Below are positions 58,419 to 64,000 of a stretch of 64,000 nucleotides of DNA, piece after piece. Every line of letters begins with the position of its first letter. Positions within the stretch are counted from its first letter, which is position 1. The stretch comes from Saccostrea echinata (lineage: Eukaryota), in assembly GCF_033153115.1 (NCBI RefSeq), contig NW_026889782.1:3596001-3660000 (forward strand), read 5' to 3'. The position numbers and the translations under genes are program-made. The notes below the pieces were generated by a model. It was not told the DNA's origin and did no database searches. It was given only the letters and a program-made list of their open reading frames with translations.

Positions 58419-58615
58419 TTATTTTTTCTTTAATAATTGTTCAAACTGTCGAATTCTCCTCTGAAATCGTAATCGATCGGCTACTATAGCCATCCATGGA
58501 CTTTTTCGATCTTCGGGTGGTAAATGATAAATTTCATTCAGGCTGGTATCAAAAGCATCACACATTTCTTAACATGTCTGAAATTTCTACATATTTCATC
58601 CCGTATTGGATGCAT
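58419..58615 (-). pseudogene. ICP34.5/DP71L/GADD34-like PP1 regulatory subunit with a 2-nt insertion
   Basis: MHPIRDEICRNFRHVKKCV[T]FDTSLNEIYHLPPEDRKSPWMAIVADRLRFQRRIRQFEQLLKKK* after removing 2 nt at ~58556. Confidence 0.78.
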
Positions 58616-58977
58616 ATTTTCTCTACCGCTTCTATTTCCTTCCAGAGTAGACATACTTTGCTCCCTTCGGGATGACATAGGAAACTGTAAGGTTTTCCTA
58701 AATAGTCGCTCATTTTCATCCCGTACATTTTTTCTGGTAGAGTCTTTTTGATCCGTTGACAAAGGAAATGAATAATGGCTAGTCTCCCCAGTGTCGGATG
58801 ATGTAATAAAGCCAGGCATTGTAATCACAAGTCCTGAGTATTTTCTATGATGGTCGTCGCTCTCTGGAACACTGGTTCCGCCTCCGGGGGTAAAGCTTCT
58901 TGATTTTTCTCGATACATCGCATTAAAAAATCATACCCTTCCAACACTAAAGAGTGAGTGTGTTTATGTGTTGACAT
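58558..58977 (-). pseudogene. Homolog of 14688..15101 with a TGG-to-TGA nonsense change at 58825
   Basis: Reading through the stop gives LQCLALLHHPTLGRLA...YGMKYVEISDMLRNV*. Confidence 0.8.
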
Positions 58978-59230
58978 GATAGTCAATTGTGAAGAAATGA
59001 CCAGAAATGTTTTCTTATTTATACCCCTGTATCTATACAAGACGTACACAGAACGTACAATGTACTGACTCAGCAAAACGTAGGTAAAACGAGAGAGGGT
59101 GCTAAGCGCAAGGGTACAAAACGTAAGTCAAACCTATTTTTGCACTTGAAATTCAAAAGGGTATATAAACCAGAACTGGAAATTTAGGATCATTCTTACT
59201 GGGCACTAGGTACTATACAGACGTAGAAAT

Positions 59231-59895
59231 ATGGCACAAGCAATGATGAATTCCGTGGAAAATCGTAATTATATTCCAGCTAGCAATGAAGGGTTAGGAT
59301 ATGCTCTACCGACAATGCCTGACACGCAGGATCCCATCGGATTTGATCTGGGACTTTATAATATGCCTGAACCCATGACAAAGGAAGATATGGGCATCTT
59401 AACCACCACTCTGGATGGCATTGTCAACATGCTGACTCAACTGAAAGAGTACAAGTCCAGTGAATTTTGTTTGATTCGTGGGAAATTGTCCCGTTTAGAA
59501 GTTAAAGTCGCTAGAATGGAAGAAAAAATGAGAGGATACCAGAAAAATGAAAACACAGGAGGTGCCAAGAAAAATGAAGATACAGGAGCTGCCAAGAAAA
59601 GTAAACAGACAGACCCATGTTTCATATGTAAAGAATTAGGACATTGGGCTCCGGACTGTCCCAGAAAAAAACAGAACTTATGCTACAAGTGTGGAAATTT
59701 TGGACATTGGGCCCATCAGTGTACAGATGACAGTATGGAATTACTCAAAGAAGTTGAAAAACTGGAGAAAAAGGCACAAGAAAACAAGACCACCCAACAT
59801 AAGACCAGTCAACAGGATCAAAGCAGGCTAACAACAAGAGGAAACTTCCTGGTACCCAGACGGAGAAGACCCTGAAACTCCAGAAGAAAAAGTAA
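59231..59895 (+). CDS. Coiled-coil plus 2x CCHC zinc-knuckle protein; 1-nt deletion near the C-terminus
   Basis: CFICKELGHWAPDC and CYKCGNFGHWAHQC. The ancestral end LKLQKKK is out of frame because this copy has CAAAG where the left TIR has CAAAAG. Confidence 0.85.
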
Positions 59896-60300
59896 ATATG
59901 TACATTTTTTACTTTGAATAAATCATCTTACACACTTTTTTACTGTGTTATTGTTTTTTCCGTTTTCAGAAAATAGAGAGAGGCTTGCTCTGTGTGAATG
60001 ACACACATGACGTCACAATGGTATACTTGAATCGATGCCAAGATTGTGTATTGCCTATACCTGACTCAGCACAAAACGTAGATTAAACGTAGACCCCCCC
60101 CTTTTTTTTTTTTTTACTTGGGTTTTTCCAAGGTGTATACTAGATTGAACCGGCCAGGGAACCAAAAAAAGTGCACTCAGTTGACCCAGCCATCCAGGAT
60201 CTGGGGGGACAAAAGTGTACTCAGTTGACCCAGCCATCCAGGATCTGGGGGGACAAAAGTGCACTCAGTTGACCCAGCCATCCAGACCCCTTATACTACT
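59813..60300 (-). repeat. Right TIR
   Basis: Reverse complement of 34821-35306. Confidence 0.95.
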
Positions 60301-60579
60301 TATCACGTACATCGCGATTGCCTGTCGCAATCCAATCTGTAAACGTTTGTCACTTTCATAATGAATTTTGTTACCTGATTTACAAACGCAAAAATAATCA
60401 AGAGAATTCATAAATTTGACCCTCTGTTTTGGTTGTCAATGATTAAATTCTTCAACAAAATGTCAAAGAAGCAGAATATTAGTAGCAAGCGCAACTTTTC
60501 GACACCATGTCGAAGGAAAAATATTTAATTTTTTTCTCGTTATAAATATTATATAACCTGATATTACGTGCATTTATTG

Positions 60580-60830
60580 TCACCGCGCAGTGGTTAGTGC
60601 GTATGCTTTAGAGTCGCGGAAAAGGGAGTTAATCCTTATATGGGGTGCGTCTCCCACTGCTGGACATGGAGAGGGTCCTTCGGGTGAGACTGCAGAAACC
60701 GATGCCCCGTATTGCAGTAGGTGCTTGCACCTTCACTGCTCAAAGGCCTCCAAGTGCCCAGTAAAGGGTAAAATTTGCAGCCTACTTTCGGGAATTGGTA
60801 GCGTCCCAATATGTATAATTAAAAAAAATC
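60580..60830 (+). mobile_element. Degenerate tRNA-derived SINE
   Basis: GCGCAGTGGTTAG..AGAGTCGCG head and a body similar to 4441-4735. Confidence 0.7.
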
Positions 60831-61700
60831 AAAAATCTGTAGAAAGTAACGTTTTGAATGTCTTTTCAGTAACCATGGCAAAACAAATGTAGAGACGATA
60901 AGAAAGAATGAAGATTTGATAAAGCCGATATTTCTATTATAAAAAATGTGTTCAAGGATATTTGTTATGTTTCTTTGTTATATTTTCTACGTGCCGTTAT
61001 AATTGCGAGGGTGTAATAAAAACATATAAGGGGGTGGATCAAGAATTATATTATCCTTTCCTCACCAGGTAAAAAAAAACCCGAAATTTTGCAGTAATCG
61101 TAATTCACGAACAAACTAGCATATATATATATAGAGAGAGAGAGAGAGCAGAGTTGTAGAAAGGTCAGCTTTCCTTTATATTTCAGATCCCTTCCTAGCT
61201 GTTATAATTGCAGAATTGCTGTTTGATCTGAGTAGTGCTGCCCCCCCCCCCTTTTTCTGAATTCGACGATGATTTACTTATTTAAATAATGATTAAGTAA
61301 ACTTTAAATTAAAAGTCGCTGAGTTTTGCAAAATAATATTATCAGAATTTGACAGCATTCAAACATACGTGTAACAAAGAAAGATCAATCAATTAGTAAT
61401 ATGGCAATCGAAGTTCAAAATACAGAGATATTATCAAGTCGCGAGAACTTGAAAGGTTTGTTAAACTCACAGCGCCTATTATCCTTCTATCTACGCCCCC
61501 GTTTTATTTTCTGAGAAGTGTGTTGAATCAGAATATTTCGAATATCTTGGGGAGTACCGATTAACAGGCCAAACTGGCATGCACTTCATGAGAAAATACA
61601 GGCTGTGACAGACTTTGAAATCAAAAGATTTATTAAAGAATGGATGTGGCTGCTATTCTTAACATTTCTATATGTATTGGAAGGGGGGGGGGTAAGAGGG

Positions 61701-61743
<43 letters not shown>

Positions 61744-63018
61744 TATACTAGTAGATTTTACATTTCAGTAACAATTTATATTATAAAAAAAATCTACCAT
61801 TACAGAATATAAAATTCTGCATATACTGCAACCTATAACCACATATTCGGGATTTAAATCTATAACAAATATATACATAAAATGCCTTTTTGCCCCAACT
61901 TCTCCAAATATAGATCAAGGCATGTTAGGGGGTTTCAGAGGTAGTATATAGTGAGTTTAATGAATCATTAAGAAAATGAGAAACGACACTTTTCCATGTA
62001 CATGTATATTATTCATGAAAATATTGGAATACATATATATTTTTCTGAGACATCCACAGATCTCTGTTTTTTTTTTTTATCGTAACAATTCCTTACTTAA
62101 GAAAACAGCTGGCAGTACCTTATTTCACACAAATTCGCCTTTTCACATAATATTTAGTTAACTCCTTGAATTGAGTATATCCATCGGTTATCTCGTGTTC
62201 TAAATAATTTAAGGACAAGTCCATAACATTTTGATCGAATAGAATAACCATGTCTAAATTAAAGATTAATTTTCTTTCTTTTTAGTGGCAGGTTTCAATT
62301 TATAAGTATATATAAAGGATATAAAACTGTATTACGATTTTCTATTGGTCAGTTCTATTTAAGTTTGGGTAATAATTTTTATATTGAAAATGAAACTCAG
62401 AAATCGGGATATTTGGCATTCAAATCATAGGGTGTATTTAGAGAATAAAACATCGTCTGCATTATAGAGAGCGTAGAGACAGTCTCACTCTGGACAAGAT
62501 GAGATAGATAAAATTGCATGTCATCACTATATATGTACTGGAATTTGCTTGCTGGCATTTTTCAATTATTTTAGATATGTATAAATACATTTGTATTCTT
62601 CAATAAGTATCATTATTATTATTGTGTAAAACTGATAAATCTCCATGTGTGACAAATATTTTGGGGCTGGAATAAATGTAATCATAAAAGATCTTTAACT
62701 CTTCTTATTGCTTCTAGAGGCATGTGCATGAAACTATAAATTCGAAGTACCTAAGTACTTAGTGTTAGAAGCAAGACGTTAAAAATGATCTAAACACTAA
62801 ATAAATGAAAAATGTTTTTTGAACATTAGGAAAATTCTTTCATATGAAAGTGTACACATAGAGTTCATCAAGTTCATGGCCGCAGGAGGGTGGGGGGGGG
62901 TCCCAATAATTTTGCCGCATCAGAGACACATAGTGCATTATAGAAAACAAAGCTACTTTATCCTTTTGCCCCCTCAATGATAAAATGAATTACGAATGAT
63001 TACCGTTTCTTTTTTTGG

Positions 63019-63339
63019 TTTGATATAATGTTTAGAATACTGTAATCTATTTAAATCCCTTATTAGAAACCTAGGCATGAGAAAGATGTGGAAAAATGGG
63101 GAAAATACACCTTTACGTTCTGTACTTTGATATAATGTTTGGAATACTGTAATCTATTTAAATGCCTTATTAGAAACCTACGCATGAGAAAGATGTGGAA
63201 AAATGGGGAAAATACACCTTTACGTTCTGTACTTTGATATAATGTTTGGAATACTGTAATCTATTTAAATCCCTTATTAGAAACCTAAGCATGAGAAAGA
63301 TGTGGAAAAATGGGGAAAATACACCTTTACGTTCTGTAC
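63019..63339. repeat. 107-bp tandem repeat, 3 copies
   Basis: Units start at 63021, 63128 and 63235. Confidence 0.92.
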
Positions 63340-64000
63340 ATATTCTTCAAAGATGCACTGCTACATTAACAATGCCTTTTTGAGGAACAATGACATTCTC
63401 CATAACATAACATCATATATTGTAAACTCTATTTACCTTTTACCGTTTGTATTCGATTTGCTATAACACTGCACACATCACTGAACCCGAAGAGACAACA
63501 TTGGTGTTTTTATTTTCCTTTATTACGTTTTTTTCCTGATATTTCTCTTTTGTGTTTTTAATATTGTTTGTATTTCACCACAGATTTCCAACCTTTCTAA
63601 TCAATAAATATTAAGGATTGATTTAGTATGTAAAGTGCAAGGATGTGTGACAATCAAACACGCCAAAAATTTGTAATTTCTGTATAAAGGAACTTTTATA
63701 AGGCTGATTTTAAAGATATTAGACTAAAACGAGTGGCAACATATGTCATGAAATTTTACCAAAAAATTTAAAGGATTAAAAATTCATGTATGTCCCTTCT
63801 AATGCCATAAAATGAAAAGAGATCTATTTATTCAAGTGTTATATGATGGGCCTGATTTTAAAAATTAAAAGGAACTTTGTTTAAAACTTTACATAATTGT
63901 AAAATCTTATAATTATTATGTTTATAATTGCGTGTAGATTTTTAAGCAGGGTAAATCGAAATCGAAATACCAAGGCAATTCTAAAGAACGATGTATAAAA

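Larger units (their letters stand above)
34821..60300 (+). mobile_element. Full-length Polinton/Maverick (adintovirus-like endogenous virus), 25,480 bp
   Basis: AGTAGT...ACTACT termini, long TIRs, 6-bp TSD TATCAC (34815-34820, 60301-60306) and the full core gene set. Confidence 0.98.

Noticed and set aside
59231-59875. LTR retrotransposon gag
   Set aside because: No LTRs, capsid or pol. The gene has a Polinton promoter, ends in the TIR and is syntenic in both elements.

Overview
This is AT-rich animal genomic DNA, most likely a bivalve (oyster-like; inferred from the SINE, HINE and ~168-bp satellite repertoire). The main feature is a full-length 25,480-bp Polinton/Maverick (adintovirus-type endogenous virus) at 34821-60300. 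It has AGTAGT...ACTACT termini, ~490-bp TIRs and a perfect 6-bp TSD (TATCAC). Its core genes are pPolB, packaging ATPase, integrase, minor and major capsid proteins and adenain protease. Accessory genes include a BIR-RING IAP, a macrodomain, several RING/Zn-finger proteins, two circovirus-Rep-like HUH domains, a cryptic ICP34.5/DP71L/GADD34-like PP1 regulator and a CCHC zinc-knuckle gene. The right arm of a second, diverged and decayed Polinton lies at ~950-16773, split by an ~11.8-kb nested Helentron/CACTA/SINE insertion. The most striking observation: in both elements an Arg-rich/RING gene ends in replication-dependent histone-mRNA-type 3' signals (GGCCCTTTTAAGGGCC stem-loop plus a purine-rich downstream element). 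These are tandemly amplified four times in the intact element and show a compensatory stem change in the decayed one. The rest of the window holds a truncated Kolobok-like transposon, HINE elements with satellite arrays, a Penelope-like fragment, tRNA-derived SINEs, MITEs and one host rhodopsin-type GPCR ORF with a frameshift.
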